A DNA stretch of 64,000 nucleotides, from the NCBI GenBank assembly GCA_963822585.1, contig CAWGIE010000010.1, forward strand, positions 128,001 to 192,000, read 5' to 3'. The position numbers and the translations under genes are program-made. Position 1 is the first letter of the stretch; every line of letters starts with the position of its first letter. Of this stretch, positions 19,658-29,335 are shown one piece after another. The DNA is from an uncultured bacterium. GTDB taxonomy: Bacteria > Auribacterota > Erginobacteria > Erginobacterales > Erginobacteraceae. The notes beneath the pieces were generated by a model. It saw only the letters and a list, made by a program, of their open reading frames with translations, had not been told where the DNA came from and searched no databases.

Positions 19658-21550
19658 ATGTTCTTTTCTCTTAGAAAGAAGCTTCTCTTGAGCTTCGGGA
19701 TCATCCTGGTTTTCGCCGCGGGGATCTGTGTTCTCGGCATACTGAATCTCCTGCGTCTCGGCTCCGCCAGCGACGCGATCCTCCGGGAGAACTACAAAAG
19801 CATCCTGGCCGCCGAGAACATGATCGACGCCATCGAGCGCCAGGACAGCGCGGTTTTGCTCCTGATCCTCGGGTATCGCGATGAGGGGCTGCCGCAGTTC
19901 CGGCAGAACGAATCGCAGTTCCTGCAGTGGCTGGCCCGGGCGAAGGACAACATCACCATCGAAGGAGAAAAAGCGACCGTCGATAAGATTGAAAAGGATT
20001 ATTCCCGGTATCTCGTCTCTTTTTCAACGTTTATGGAGGCTTTGAAAAGCGACCAGCGCAACAGCTCCGAGACGTATCATGAATCGGTCCTCCCCCTTTT
20101 CCGGTCGGTTCGCGACGCCTGCGTCGATCTTCGGGAGATGAACCAGAAAACGATGTTCGCCGCCTCCGATCGCGCGGGATACATCGCCCGGCGCGCCGTT
20201 GTTTCCATGCTGGCCATTGGTTTCTCCATCCTTGCCGTCAGTTTGCTTCTCAGCTTTGTCCTTTCGTATTTCCTGGTCCGGCCGATCAGGCAGTTGACCG
20301 AGGCGACGGGAAGAATCGCGGGGGGAAATTATGAAGTGTCCTTGTCAGCAACTTCGCGGGACGAGCTGGGCAAGCTGGGGCGCGAGTTTCAGATCATGAG
20401 CAGGAAGCTCAAGGCCTATCACGACCTTAACGTGGCGAGAACCGTTGCGGAGAAGCGCCGGAGCGAAGCGGTTATCCGCAGCATTGATGACGGAATCATC
20501 CTGGTCGACGAGGAATACAAGATCATCGAGATCAATCCCCGCGCCGCCGAGTTCCTGGGCGTTATCCCGGAGAGGGTCCAAGAGAAACATTTCCTGGAAG
20601 TGGTCAAGGATCGGCGGCTTTTCGAGCATCTCCAGCGGGCCGCCGAGGGCGGCGAGGTCAAGCCGCGCCGGGGCGAGGAAATGATTTATATCGTCACGCG
20701 GGACACCTCCTCACGGTATTATCGTTATTTTGTCACGCCGGTAAAATCCGAGGGGGGGCGGATGCTGGGCGTCGTGCTGCTTTTGCAGGATGTTACCAAG
20801 CTGAAAGAGCTTGACCGTTTGAAGAGCGAGTTCATAATGACCGCGTCCCACGAGCTGCGCACCCCGCTCAACGGCCTGGCGATGAGCATCAATCTCCTCA
20901 TGGAAAGCGCAGAGCAGAAAATGTCCGATGAGGATAAGGAGCTTCTCCGGGCGGCGCACGAAGAGGTCGAGCGGATGCGGGCGTTGACCAACGACCTGCT
21001 GGACCTCTCCAAGCTCGAGTCCGGCCGGGTGGAGATGCAATTCGAGCGTGTTCCCGTTTATCTGGTTTGCGAAAAGGCCTGCGTTCCTTTGAAGAAACTG
21101 GCCGAAGAGAAAGGCGTTGATTTGACCAGCGACGTTTCAAAGGATTTGCCGGAGGTCAAGGCCGACGCCAATAAGATCGCCTGGGTATTGACGAATCTTC
21201 TGGCCAATGCCCTGCGTTATACCGGGAAGGGAGGGCACATCCGGGTGGGGGCCGAAGCGGTGGGAAACAACGTCCACGTGTCGGTCACCGACGATGGCGA
21301 CGGCATTCCCCTTGAATCCCAGTCGCGGATATTTGACAAATTTGTGCAGGGGCAAGACTCCAAGACTGCCGGGGGAACCGGCCTGGGTCTCACCATCTGC
21401 AAGGAGATCGTGAAGGCGCACGGCGGGACGATCTGGGCGGATTCGTCCCCGGGCGAAGGTTCCGTTTTCACGTTTACACTGCCGATCATGGAGAAAAATT
21501 CAACCCCAAGGGGGAAACCCGATGAAGTCGAAGAAAACGCTGATCATTGA
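19658..21550 (+). CDS. Membrane sensor histidine kinase (four-helix sensor, HAMP, PAS, HisKA, HATPase)
   Basis: Two TM segments, DELG.L HAMP, SHELRTPL, NLLANA.RY, DDGDGI, GTGLGL. Confidence 0.95.
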   Translation: MFFSLRKKLLLSFGIILVFAAGICVLGILNLLRLGSASDAILRENYKSILAAENMIDAIERQDSAVLLLILGYRDEGLPQFRQNESQFLQWLARAKDNITIEGEKATVDKIEKDYSRYLVSFSTFMEALKSDQRNSSETYHESVLPLFRSVRDACVDLREMNQKTMFAASDRAGYIARRAVVSMLAIGFSILAVSLLLSFVLSYFLVRPIRQLTEATGRIAGGNYEVSLSATSRDELGKLGREFQIMSRKLKAYHDLNVARTVAEKRRSEAVIRSIDDGIILVDEEYKIIEINPRAAEFLGVIPERVQEKHFLEVVKDRRLFEHLQRAAEGGEVKPRRGEEMIYIVTRDTSSRYYRYFVTPVKSEGGRMLGVVLLLQDVTKLKELDRLKSEFIMTASHELRTPLNGLAMSINLLMESAEQKMSDEDKELLRAAHEEVERMRALTNDLLDLSKLESGRVEMQFERVPVYLVCEKACVPLKKLAEEKGVDLTSDVSKDLPEVKADANKIAWVLTNLLANALRYTGKGGHIRVGAEAVGNNVHVSVTDDGDGIPLESQSRIFDKFVQGQDSKTAGGTGLGLTICKEIVKAHGGTIWADSSPGEGSVFTFTLPIMEKNSTPRGKPDEVEENADH

Positions 21551-22223
21551 TGACGAGAAGAACACCCGGCTTACGCTCGGCCAGTGCCTGGAGCGGGCGG
21601 GGATCGAATCGGCCGCGGCGGTGAACGCCGAGGAAGGGCTGAAAAAGCTCGATGAGGATGAGTTCGGCCTCATCCTGCTCGATCTCAGGATGCCCGGGAT
21701 GGGAGGGATGGAGTTTCTGAAAAAGGTACGTCAGATTCGGCCGGATATCAAGGTCGTTATCATCACCGCCTACGGGACCATCGATCTGGCGGTAGAGGCG
21801 ATGAAGCTGGGCGCGGTTGACTTTTTGCAAAAACCCTTCACTCCCGATGAGATCCGCGAACTTGTGTCCCGGATTATGAAGCGGGAGACCCTGCAAAGTG
21901 GAAAAATTGACGATTACGAGACGCTCATCGAACTCGCCAAGCGGTCCATTACCGAAAGGAATTTCGAAACGGCCCGGGAGTATTTAAAAAAAGCGATCAT
22001 GAACGATCTGGCGAAGGCCGATGCGTTCGACCTGTTGGGAGTGCTCGAAGAGGTGTTGGGGAATAGGTCGGCAGCCCTGCAAAACTACCGCATTGCCCTG
22101 GCGAAGGACCCGACCTACGAACCCGCGCGAAAGAATCTCGATCGGGCGACCAGTTTTGAATCGGGTGACCCGAGCAGTTTGAAAGGTTCCCTCCGCCCAT
22201 CTCCCGGGGATAAAGTGGAGTAA
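21522..22223 (+). CDS. Response regulator with a TPR-like C-terminal domain
   Basis: IIDDE, LLDLRMPG, ITAYG, QKPF; helical tail ending DPTYEPARKNL. Confidence 0.92.
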   Translation: MKSKKTLIIDDEKNTRLTLGQCLERAGIESAAAVNAEEGLKKLDEDEFGLILLDLRMPGMGGMEFLKKVRQIRPDIKVVIITAYGTIDLAVEAMKLGAVDFLQKPFTPDEIRELVSRIMKRETLQSGKIDDYETLIELAKRSITERNFETAREYLKKAIMNDLAKADAFDLLGVLEEVLGNRSAALQNYRIALAKDPTYEPARKNLDRATSFESGDPSSLKGSLRPSPGDKVE

Positions 22224-22226
22224 GCC

Positions 22227-22658
22227 ATGGCGGCGTTGAGTTACATCGTGATTATCGGCTGCGGCCGTCTGGGCTCCCTGCTCGCGAACAAGCTCAGCAA
22301 GGAGGGGCACAGTGTGGTTGTGATCGACAGCGATGAGAACGCTTTTAAGAATCTTTCCGAAGATTTCAGCGGTTTCAAGGTTTCGGGCAATGCCGCCCAT
22401 GCCGCCGTTCTCAAACAGGCGAAGGTCGATAAAGCCGACGTGGTGATCACGACCACCAGGGATGACAATATCAACTTGATGGTCGCGCAGGTGGCCAAGA
22501 CGGTTTACCGTGTCTCCCGGGTCATCGCCAGGGTATATGATCCGTCACGAGAGATTATCTACGGGGAATTCGGCGTGGAGACCGTTTCCCCCACCGTCCT
22601 GGCGGCGATACGGATACTCGGTTATGTGCGTGACAATCGCAAGAAGGAACAACTATGA
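22227..22658 (+). CDS. trkA: Trk/Ktr K+ uptake NAD-binding subunit (single RCK_N)
   Basis: IIGCGRLG, VVVID, DNINL. Confidence 0.85.
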   Translation: MAALSYIVIIGCGRLGSLLANKLSKEGHSVVVIDSDENAFKNLSEDFSGFKVSGNAAHAAVLKQAKVDKADVVITTTRDDNINLMVAQVAKTVYRVSRVIARVYDPSREIIYGEFGVETVSPTVLAAIRILGYVRDNRKKEQL

Positions 22659-23320
22659 GGACGATAATCGTAGGGGGAGAAAAGATAGCGTATTTCCTGG
22701 CGCGGGCCTTCATCGACAAGGGCTATCACGTCACGATTATCGACCGGGACGAAGAGGAATGCCGGAATCTGGCCCGCTCGCTCAAGGCAACCGTGGTCCT
22801 GGGCGAGGGGTCTTCTCCGAAGATTCTGGAAGAAGCGGGCGCCGCCCGCGCTCACGTTCTGATCACCATCACGCCTCACGATCAGGATAATCTCATCGCC
22901 TGTCAGATCGCTTCCAAGCGCTTCGGGGTGCCGCGAACGCTCGCCCTGGTCAACGACCCGGAGAACGCGGAGATATTTCGCAGGCTGGGCGTCTCCGCGA
23001 CGATATCTACCACCGACGTCATGACCTTGTTGATCGAGCAGCACGCCGATTTCGATGAGATCAGGAATTTGCTTCCGGTGGCGGAAGGCCGAGTCAATGT
23101 CACCGAGATAACGCTCAGCGAAAGCGCGCCCATCATCGGCCAAGCGCTTCACGAGGTTCCTTTGCCGGAAGGATCGCTCGTCGCCTGCATCCTCAGGGGG
23201 GCGGATGTGGTGGTTCCGCGCGGCGGCAGCCGGTTCCGCAGCGGCGATCGTTTGATCGTGATCAGCCTTCCCGAAAAGCAGGGGGAGGTGCTGCGTCTCC
23301 TGCTGGGCGATGCCAAGTGA
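22655..23320 (+). CDS. trkA: Trk K+ uptake subunit (RCK_N + RCK_C)
   Basis: RCK_N fold with DQDNL; C-terminal VVVPRG...GDRLIV. Confidence 0.85.
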   Translation: MRTIIVGGEKIAYFLARAFIDKGYHVTIIDRDEEECRNLARSLKATVVLGEGSSPKILEEAGAARAHVLITITPHDQDNLIACQIASKRFGVPRTLALVNDPENAEIFRRLGVSATISTTDVMTLLIEQHADFDEIRNLLPVAEGRVNVTEITLSESAPIIGQALHEVPLPEGSLVACILRGADVVVPRGGSRFRSGDRLIVISLPEKQGEVLRLLLGDAK

Positions 23321-23332
23321 GGAAAGGAGAAC

Positions 23333-24820
23333 GTGCGCTACAAAGATATACTCAGGGGGCGTTACAGGGCTATTGCATGCTATACCGCTTTGATTCTTCT
23401 AATTGTGGCTGGCATAATCCTTTCTCCCCTCCTTTTGCTTATATTCAGGCCTGAAGAGCGTTTTCTTTCTCCGTGCTTCGCGATCCCGGGCGTCATTTTA
23501 GCCGCCTGCTCGGGCGCGCTGTGGCTGTGGCTGCGATCCCGCCAGCCGGTTTCTCTCAGCATATCTGAGGGAGGGGTGATCGTTGTCCTCTCGTGGCTTA
23601 TCGCAATGGTGGTCGGCGCCGTTCCCTTCGCCCAAAGCTGCGTGTCCGGTTTTACCCGCGCTTTGTTCGAGTCGGTCAGCGGGTGGACGACCACCGGCCT
23701 TACCGTGGTCGATGTAGCCACGGCCCCGAAAATCATTCTGCTCTATCGAAGCATACTTCAGTTCGCAGGAGGAGCCGGGTTCGCCATCATAATGCTGGCG
23801 TCCTTGACCGGGCCCCCCGGCATCGGCCTCCTCGCGGCCGAGGGCAGGTCCGAACAGTTGGCTCCCCACGTCCGCCGGTCCGCGAAACTGGTTCTGGGGA
23901 TTTACATTACTTATACGATCATCGGAATAGCGGCCCTCTCGGCCGCGGGCATGAGCCTGTTCGACGCCGTGAATCATTCCCTGTGCGCGCTTTCCACGGG
24001 GGGATTTTCAACCCGGGTGGAATCGATAGGCGCCTGGCGGAGCGTTTCCGTTGAAGCCGTCACCATCGTCCTGATGCTGCTGGGGGGCTTGAGCTTCCTT
24101 ACGAGTTACACCCTGCTTCACGGCCGTTTCCGGGCGGTCGCCCGAAACGGCGAGGTGCGGTTGCAGGCCTATCTCCTTCCCGTGGCCGCGGCCGTCCTGT
24201 TTTTATGCGTCGCGAAGGCCCTGTATCCGACGCTCGGGGAATCGCTGCGCGTCGCCGTTTTCGAGTCGGTGACGGCATTAACCACAACCGGTTACAGCAT
24301 CACCAGCTATGGCAAATGGCCGGTGATGGGATGGCTCGTCATCATCGCTCTCATGATCATCGGTGGTGGCGGGGGATCCACCGCCGGGGGCATCAAGCAA
24401 TTCAGAGTCTATGCTCTGGCGCGGGCCGTCTCCTGGGAGGTTCGGCGATTTTTCATGCCTCGGACCGCGGTAGGGGATTTTTCCGTCTGGCAGGGCGATC
24501 AGCGAGTATTCATCGAAAATTCCGATATTCGCCGCGTTGCGATATTTCTTTTCTCTTATCTGGTCATCCTGTTTGCGGGTACGTGCGTGTTGGCCGGTTA
24601 CGGTTATTCTCTGTCCGAAAGCCTCTTCGAATTCTCGAGCGCCCTGGGAACCGTAGGGCTTTCGGTCGGCGTGACGAATCCCGCCGCCCCTTCGGGGGTC
24701 TTGTGGACGGAAATGTTCGGGATGTTCTTCGGCCGCCTTGAGTTCTTTATCATTGTTATAGGCTGCGCCCGGCTTTTTTCCGACCTCCCGCGCCTGCTTA
24801 TGGCGCGTGACGGCTCTTAG
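23333..24820 (+). CDS. trkH: TrkH family K+ uptake membrane protein
   Basis: Four pore loops: FESVSGWTTTG, LSTGGF, LTTTGY, LGTVG; GSTAGGIK; GRLE. Confidence 0.95.
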   Translation: MRYKDILRGRYRAIACYTALILLIVAGIILSPLLLLIFRPEERFLSPCFAIPGVILAACSGALWLWLRSRQPVSLSISEGGVIVVLSWLIAMVVGAVPFAQSCVSGFTRALFESVSGWTTTGLTVVDVATAPKIILLYRSILQFAGGAGFAIIMLASLTGPPGIGLLAAEGRSEQLAPHVRRSAKLVLGIYITYTIIGIAALSAAGMSLFDAVNHSLCALSTGGFSTRVESIGAWRSVSVEAVTIVLMLLGGLSFLTSYTLLHGRFRAVARNGEVRLQAYLLPVAAAVLFLCVAKALYPTLGESLRVAVFESVTALTTTGYSITSYGKWPVMGWLVIIALMIIGGGGGSTAGGIKQFRVYALARAVSWEVRRFFMPRTAVGDFSVWQGDQRVFIENSDIRRVAIFLFSYLVILFAGTCVLAGYGYSLSESLFEFSSALGTVGLSVGVTNPAAPSGVLWTEMFGMFFGRLEFFIIVIGCARLFSDLPRLLMARDGS

Positions 24821-25041
24821 CGGTGGAGATCGCCGGAGTATAAGTTCAAAAGTTACATCAATCTCTAAAACAAAAACGGCCCCCGCCACCTTGCGTGGCA
24901 GGGGAGAAAGTTCAGAAGCTACAACCGGATTTCCCCACTCCTCCCCGTTGCCCTCCCTCCTTTCCTTGATCGGGGGCACGACTGATTCGGCGAAACGCCT
25001 TATCCCTCCGAGGGAATGGGGATTGGATTTCAGCCATTTTC

Positions 25042-25092
25042 TTGACAATGGGTTGAAATATGATACCTTGATATTAATCTAGATAGTCTAGA
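25042..25092 (+). promoter_or_regulatory. TA promoter with palindromic operator
   Basis: TTGACA(25042)-16bp-TACCTT preceded by TG; TCTAGA-tag-TCTAGA at 25078-25092. Confidence 0.6.
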
Positions 25093-25130
25093 CAGAAGAT
25101 TGAGCAATTCATTACATTTTGGAGTCTGTC

Positions 25131-25382
25131 ATGAAAAAAATATGGGCGTTGCAGGACGCGAAAAATCGTTTCAGCGAAATGATCAATCACGCTATCCGGG
25201 AAGGGCCGCAGGTGATTACCCGGCGGGGCGATGAGACGGCGGTCTTGCTATCCATGCAGGATTACCGGGTGCTGGCGGAACCGGAAGGAAATCTGGTTGA
25301 TTTTTTGCGTTCCTCGCCCCTGATCGGCCATGATTTACAATGTGATCGGGAAGACGATTACGGCAGGGAGGTCGATCTTTGA
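25131..25382 (+). CDS. Phd/YefM family antitoxin
   Basis: W.LQDAKNRFSE...GPQVITRRG...AVLLS. Confidence 0.93.
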   Translation: MKKIWALQDAKNRFSEMINHAIREGPQVITRRGDETAVLLSMQDYRVLAEPEGNLVDFLRSSPLIGHDLQCDREDDYGREVDL

Positions 25383-25852
25383 AGTATCTTCTGGATACCT
25401 GTGTTATCTCGGAATTGGTAAGGAAAAAACCCGCTCTCCGGGTGGTTAAGTGGCTTTCGGAACAGGAGGAGCCGGCGCTTTTTTTAAGTGTTCTTACTCT
25501 GGGAGAGTTAGAGAAGGGGATATCCAAACTTCCCGGCGGCCCTCTCCGGCAACGGCTCCGGGAATGGGTCGACCGCGATCTCCGGCGGAGATTTTTAAAT
25601 AGGATTTTATCAGTCGACGGCGATGTGGCTGATTGCTGGGGGCGTCTTTCCGCGGAAACTGAAAAGAAAGGCCGTAAAGTTCCGGTTATTGATGGACTTC
25701 TTGCCGCCACCGCACTCACGTATGGTTTGACGCTGGTAACCAGAAATATAAAAAATGTGGAAACAACTGAGGCTCTTCTCTTCAATCCCTGGGGGGGAAA
25801 TGAGGAGGGGAGAAAGTTCAAAAGCTCCACACCGGATATCCCCACTCCGTAA
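25379..25852 (+). CDS. vapC: VapC/PIN-domain toxin (3' end runs into a repeat)
   Basis: YLLDTCVISE, TLGEL, DGLLAATA, LVTRN, NPW. Confidence 0.93.
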   Translation: MKYLLDTCVISELVRKKPALRVVKWLSEQEEPALFLSVLTLGELEKGISKLPGGPLRQRLREWVDRDLRRRFLNRILSVDGDVADCWGRLSAETEKKGRKVPVIDGLLAATALTYGLTLVTRNIKNVETTEALLFNPWGGNEEGRKFKSSTPDIPTP

Positions 25853-25910
25853 CCATGCCCGGCAGTCATACCACCGTAAGCGTCCGGTCAAGACACCCCG
25901 ACCTGGTACA

Positions 25911-26212
25911 AAACCCCCGCGGCTCTTGCCCCGAGATAGCGAAGCTATTTTTCGGGGTTACGACGCGGGTGAATCAATTCAGCAGCTACCCATTCCGGAG
26001 TAAAGTAGCCGGCATGACCGCCGGCGTGGAAGTTCCTGCTCTCGGGTTCTTTCTTTTCAATCCAGCCGAAATTGGTTGCTGAATTGAGCCATAGTGAAAT
26101 TCACCAAGGCCGGTTTGTTCAAAACCAGAATCAGCCCCCGCAAGAATTTGGCTTGACCGATGAGAACATTTTGCTCAAATATAAAAGAAGAACTTCGGTA
26201 TAATATATTATT
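25911..26212 (+). promoter_or_regulatory. Promoter + attI-like module, copy B
   Basis: Homologous to copies A/C/D; TTGACC(26153)-16bp-TCAAAT; AAGAACTTCGGTATAATATATT/ATT. Confidence 0.7.
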
Positions 26213-26277
26213 TTATTCCGTAAGATGAGATGAATGAGCCTATTGCCTCTGCACCTCCCTCATGGTAACGTATTCGT

Positions 26278-26601
26278 ATGTACAGCATGCTGGAACGAAT
26301 CAAGCGACTTGTTGATAGAGGTGAAACCCGGATCTCTGATCACGGTTACGACGAACTGGCGGCAGAAGGCCTTCTTGTTCGCGATCTTGTCGCCGGTCTG
26401 CGCAGTGCGGAATTATTGGAGGAGTATCCCGATTTTCCCAAGGGACCGTGCGTTCTCGTTCTTGAGCAGGACCGGAATGGAATGCCTGTCCATGCTGTGT
26501 GGGGCATACCCAGGGGTGAATCCGCGCCCGCAGTGCTTGTCACGGCGTACCGGCCAGACCCGGACCGCTGGTCAGATGATTATAGGAGCAGGAAAACATG
26601 A
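26278..26601 (+). CDS. DUF4258-like putative toxin
   Basis: IS.HG..E, LEEYPD..KGP, P.H.VW, LVTAYRPDP..W. Confidence 0.8.
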   Translation: MYSMLERIKRLVDRGETRISDHGYDELAAEGLLVRDLVAGLRSAELLEEYPDFPKGPCVLVLEQDRNGMPVHAVWGIPRGESAPAVLVTAYRPDPDRWSDDYRSRKT

Positions 26602-26813
26602 AGAGCAGACATCACATCAAACTGGTGCATGAGGGAGAATACGTGGCGGAGGTAGACGTGAACCTGGTCGAGACAGACGCAGGGTGGTCCCCCTACCTCT
26701 CCCTTGACGATGCGTATAAACTCGACGATGTACGTGACGCACTGCGGCGCGGCGACGTCCAGGCTGCCTCGCGCATTGCCCGCATCTTTACCCTCACGCC
26801 AGTTGCCGTATAG
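26598..26813 (+). CDS. Putative antitoxin partner
   Basis: ATGA overlap with the toxin; K.VHEG.YVAEV.V...WSPYLS..DA.KLD. Confidence 0.75.
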   Translation: MKSRHHIKLVHEGEYVAEVDVNLVETDAGWSPYLSLDDAYKLDDVRDALRRGDVQAASRIARIFTLTPVAV

Positions 26814-26819
26814 AACTCC

Positions 26820-26898
26820 GGAGAACAACCACTGAACGCGACAAGTGAAAGGCCGCGCTTCGCTTGCCTTTCCCTTACACGTTAGGTGAACGTTAGGC
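26820..26898 (+). other. attC-like site
   Basis: GGAGAAC AACCA CTGAACG...CGTTAG GTGAAC GTTAGGC just after the stop codon. Confidence 0.75.
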
Positions 26899-27040
26899 AT
26901 CGAAGAAGAAGTTATGTTTTCAGAATCGTTCGCTTGTGCGCCTGATTTATAAGATGAGCCGAAAACGCCAACCGTGTACCTAACCGGACGCCCGGGCTTT
27001 TTCGACCGCCTCCGAAAAGCCGGCGTCATCGCTTCCCCCT

Positions 27041-27350
27041 TCCCCCAGACCCCCGCGGCTCTTGCCCCGAGATAGCGAAGCTATTTTTCGGGGTGACGCC
27101 ACGGGTGAATCAGTTCAGCATCTACCCATTCCGGAGTAAAGTAGCTGGCATGACCGCCGGCGCGAAAGTTCCCGATCCCGGATTTCTTCTTTTCAATCCC
27201 CCCGGAATTGGTCGCGTGAATTGATCCAAAGTGAAATTTGCCAAGGACATTTCGGTCAAAATCAGGGATAACACTCATAAACTTGTCTTGATATGTCGGA
27301 ATCTTTCTGCTGAAATATAAAAGAAGAACTTCGGTATAATTTATCTTATG
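27041..27350 (+). promoter_or_regulatory. Promoter + attI-like module, copy C
   Basis: TTGATA(27288)-17bp-TGAAAT; AAGAACTTCGGTATAATTTATC/TTATGG. Confidence 0.7.
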
Positions 27351-27366
27351 GTTATGAGGATAAATA

Positions 27367-28098
27367 ATGCCTTTGCCACCAGACAAAAGGATAAAGTTTT
27401 TTGTGTTCGTCATCGAATCCCCTTCTCCTGTTGATCTGTATCATAGGCGAAGCGAGGCGGAAATAATCAGGCAAGCTGTTTATCTAAATAAGATTCCATG
27501 TATAGTACGCACAGCAGTAAACCTAGAGGCATTTGAAGCTTCTCTGAAGATCGGTCTCGCGGAGGAAATGAAACGTTATGGAGGACTGATCCCTATTCTT
27601 CATATCAGTGCACACGGATATAGCGAAGGCATCCAGCTTTCAGACAATACAGTGATACCCTGGGCCAATCTTAGACAATTCCTTGCTCCTATTAATACTG
27701 CATTGAAAAATGGTCTACTTGTTTGTTTGTCTTGCTGTGAGGGGTATTCTGGCACTCGAATGGCCATGTTTATAGAAGACAAAGGCTATCCATTCTATGC
27801 AATAGTAGCTAACTCCGAAAAACCTCTTTGGTCAGAAACAGCTGTTGCGTATTCAACTTTTTATCACTTACTTTCTAAAGGTGAATTCATTGTCGATGCA
27901 GTTAATGCAATGCGAATAGCGTCAGGAAACAAGACTTTTTGGGTAGAAACTGCAGAGCAATCTAGACAAGGTTATCTAGAATACATCAGGAAAGTCAACG
28001 TTCCTGATGCCCAAGAACAACTTGAAGAAAAAGTGTCACAGGAAGAACCAACCCATCTTGCAATGCTACGCAAGGTTGGGGAAGAGATAAAGCCATAA
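27367..28098 (+). CDS. Stand-alone CHAT/caspase-like protein
   Basis: ILHISAHG (His-Gly) and LVCLSCC (Cys) spaced like a caspase-fold dyad. Confidence 0.6.
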   Translation: MPLPPDKRIKFFVFVIESPSPVDLYHRRSEAEIIRQAVYLNKIPCIVRTAVNLEAFEASLKIGLAEEMKRYGGLIPILHISAHGYSEGIQLSDNTVIPWANLRQFLAPINTALKNGLLVCLSCCEGYSGTRMAMFIEDKGYPFYAIVANSEKPLWSETAVAYSTFYHLLSKGEFIVDAVNAMRIASGNKTFWVETAEQSRQGYLEYIRKVNVPDAQEQLEEKVSQEEPTHLAMLRKVGEEIKP

Positions 28099-28309
28099 CG
28101 AGCTAATCCCCCGGACTCTCGTTCCTCGGGTCGGTGATCTTTGCGTTGAGCCGTCGCTCGCGCGTTGGCTCAATATGACGCTGCTTTGCCAGCGTGCGGA
28201 TGATCCTTACTTTGTGCGGCCCAATCATGCTCTGGATCCTTCATCAGTCGCAAGGCGCCTCATTTTCAGAGTGGGTCCGCTTCAGTCGAGGCTCAGCGCC
28301 ACGTTAGAC
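28093..28309 (+). other. attC-like site (28093-28151), non-coding cassette, second attC-like site (28219-28309)
   Basis: CCATAAC...GTTGAGC; GCCCAAT...GAGGCTCAGCGCCAC GTTAGAC. Confidence 0.7.
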
Positions 28310-28319
28310 GAGCAAGAAG

Positions 28320-29252
28320 ATGAAAAGAAAGCTTGAGAAATCACTGCAGGCAAAACGTGAATCGAAGCACATCGATTTTAAAGAGACCTTTGATCCAGCA
28401 TCCAAAGCTGATTGGTGCGAGATATTGAAGGACATAGTCGCAATGGCGAACTCAGAAGGAGGAGTAATTCTGATTGGGCTGAATAATAATGGAAACCCCA
28501 CCGGATCAGATGTGTCAGATATACTACAACTGGATTCAGCCTGCATTCCCGATAAGATTTATTCATACACAGAAATTCATTTCTCAGATGTGGAAATCTT
28601 GGAACTACATAAAGGGGGATACCAATTGGCGGCAATCGATATCGGTTCTGCCAAAGTCCCAATGGTTTTTGCAAAACCCGGCACCTACGCCATATCAACT
28701 AAAGAGCAGAAAACGGCTTTCAGTCGAGGAACGATTTACTTCAGACACGGGGCGAAAAGCGAACCTGGTAACACGGGGGATCTCACTAATGTGATGGAAT
28801 ACCGACTAAGGGAAATCAGGAAGGAATGGATGGCTGGTGTGCGAAAAGTTGTCCAGGCACCAGTTGGATCAAGTGTCAACATTCTTCCCCCTGATGTGCA
28901 TGAAACAGATTCGCCACAGGCAACCCCGATTAGAATTGTTGACGACCCGACTGCTCCCAGATATCATATTGTGGATCCAAATAAAACACATCCACATCGT
29001 CAGATGGATGTAGTCAAAAAACTGAATGGAAGGCTGAAGGGCAGAGATCCCATCAAGTCATACGATGTTTTCGCTGTGAGGCGAATGCAGGGCACAGATA
29101 AGCAGATCAAGTTCTACTATAAACCTACTTTCGGGTCTCCTCAGTATAGCCCAGCATTCGTTGAGTGGCTTGAGACATGCTATTATAAAGATCCCGATTT
29201 TTTCAAAAAGGCACGCAATTTTATGTCAAAACAGCAGAGGAAAATCATCTAA
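28320..29252 (+). CDS. AlbA_2/Schlafen-domain protein with uncharacterised C-terminal domain
   Basis: ES..IDFKE, KDIVAMANSEGG.ILIG, IYFRHG.KS. Confidence 0.85.
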   Translation: MKRKLEKSLQAKRESKHIDFKETFDPASKADWCEILKDIVAMANSEGGVILIGLNNNGNPTGSDVSDILQLDSACIPDKIYSYTEIHFSDVEILELHKGGYQLAAIDIGSAKVPMVFAKPGTYAISTKEQKTAFSRGTIYFRHGAKSEPGNTGDLTNVMEYRLREIRKEWMAGVRKVVQAPVGSSVNILPPDVHETDSPQATPIRIVDDPTAPRYHIVDPNKTHPHRQMDVVKKLNGRLKGRDPIKSYDVFAVRRMQGTDKQIKFYYKPTFGSPQYSPAFVEWLETCYYKDPDFFKKARNFMSKQQRKII

Positions 29253-29335
29253 CAAACGGCTACAGTGGACGGCTCACATCCGCCGTGATCCGTGGCGTTG
29301 CTTCGCCAGCGAGTTGTCGGTCCGCGCTTCACGCG

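Noticed and set aside
26191..26220. ACTTCGGTATAA...TTAT as an Xer dif/pdif site
   Set aside because: Does not fit the 11-6-11 layout and the right arm is not conserved among copies; attI-like reading fits better
27081..27413. Minus-strand ORFs across the platform repeat as an intI remnant
   Set aside because: No tyrosine recombinase motifs and the frame is not preserved between copies
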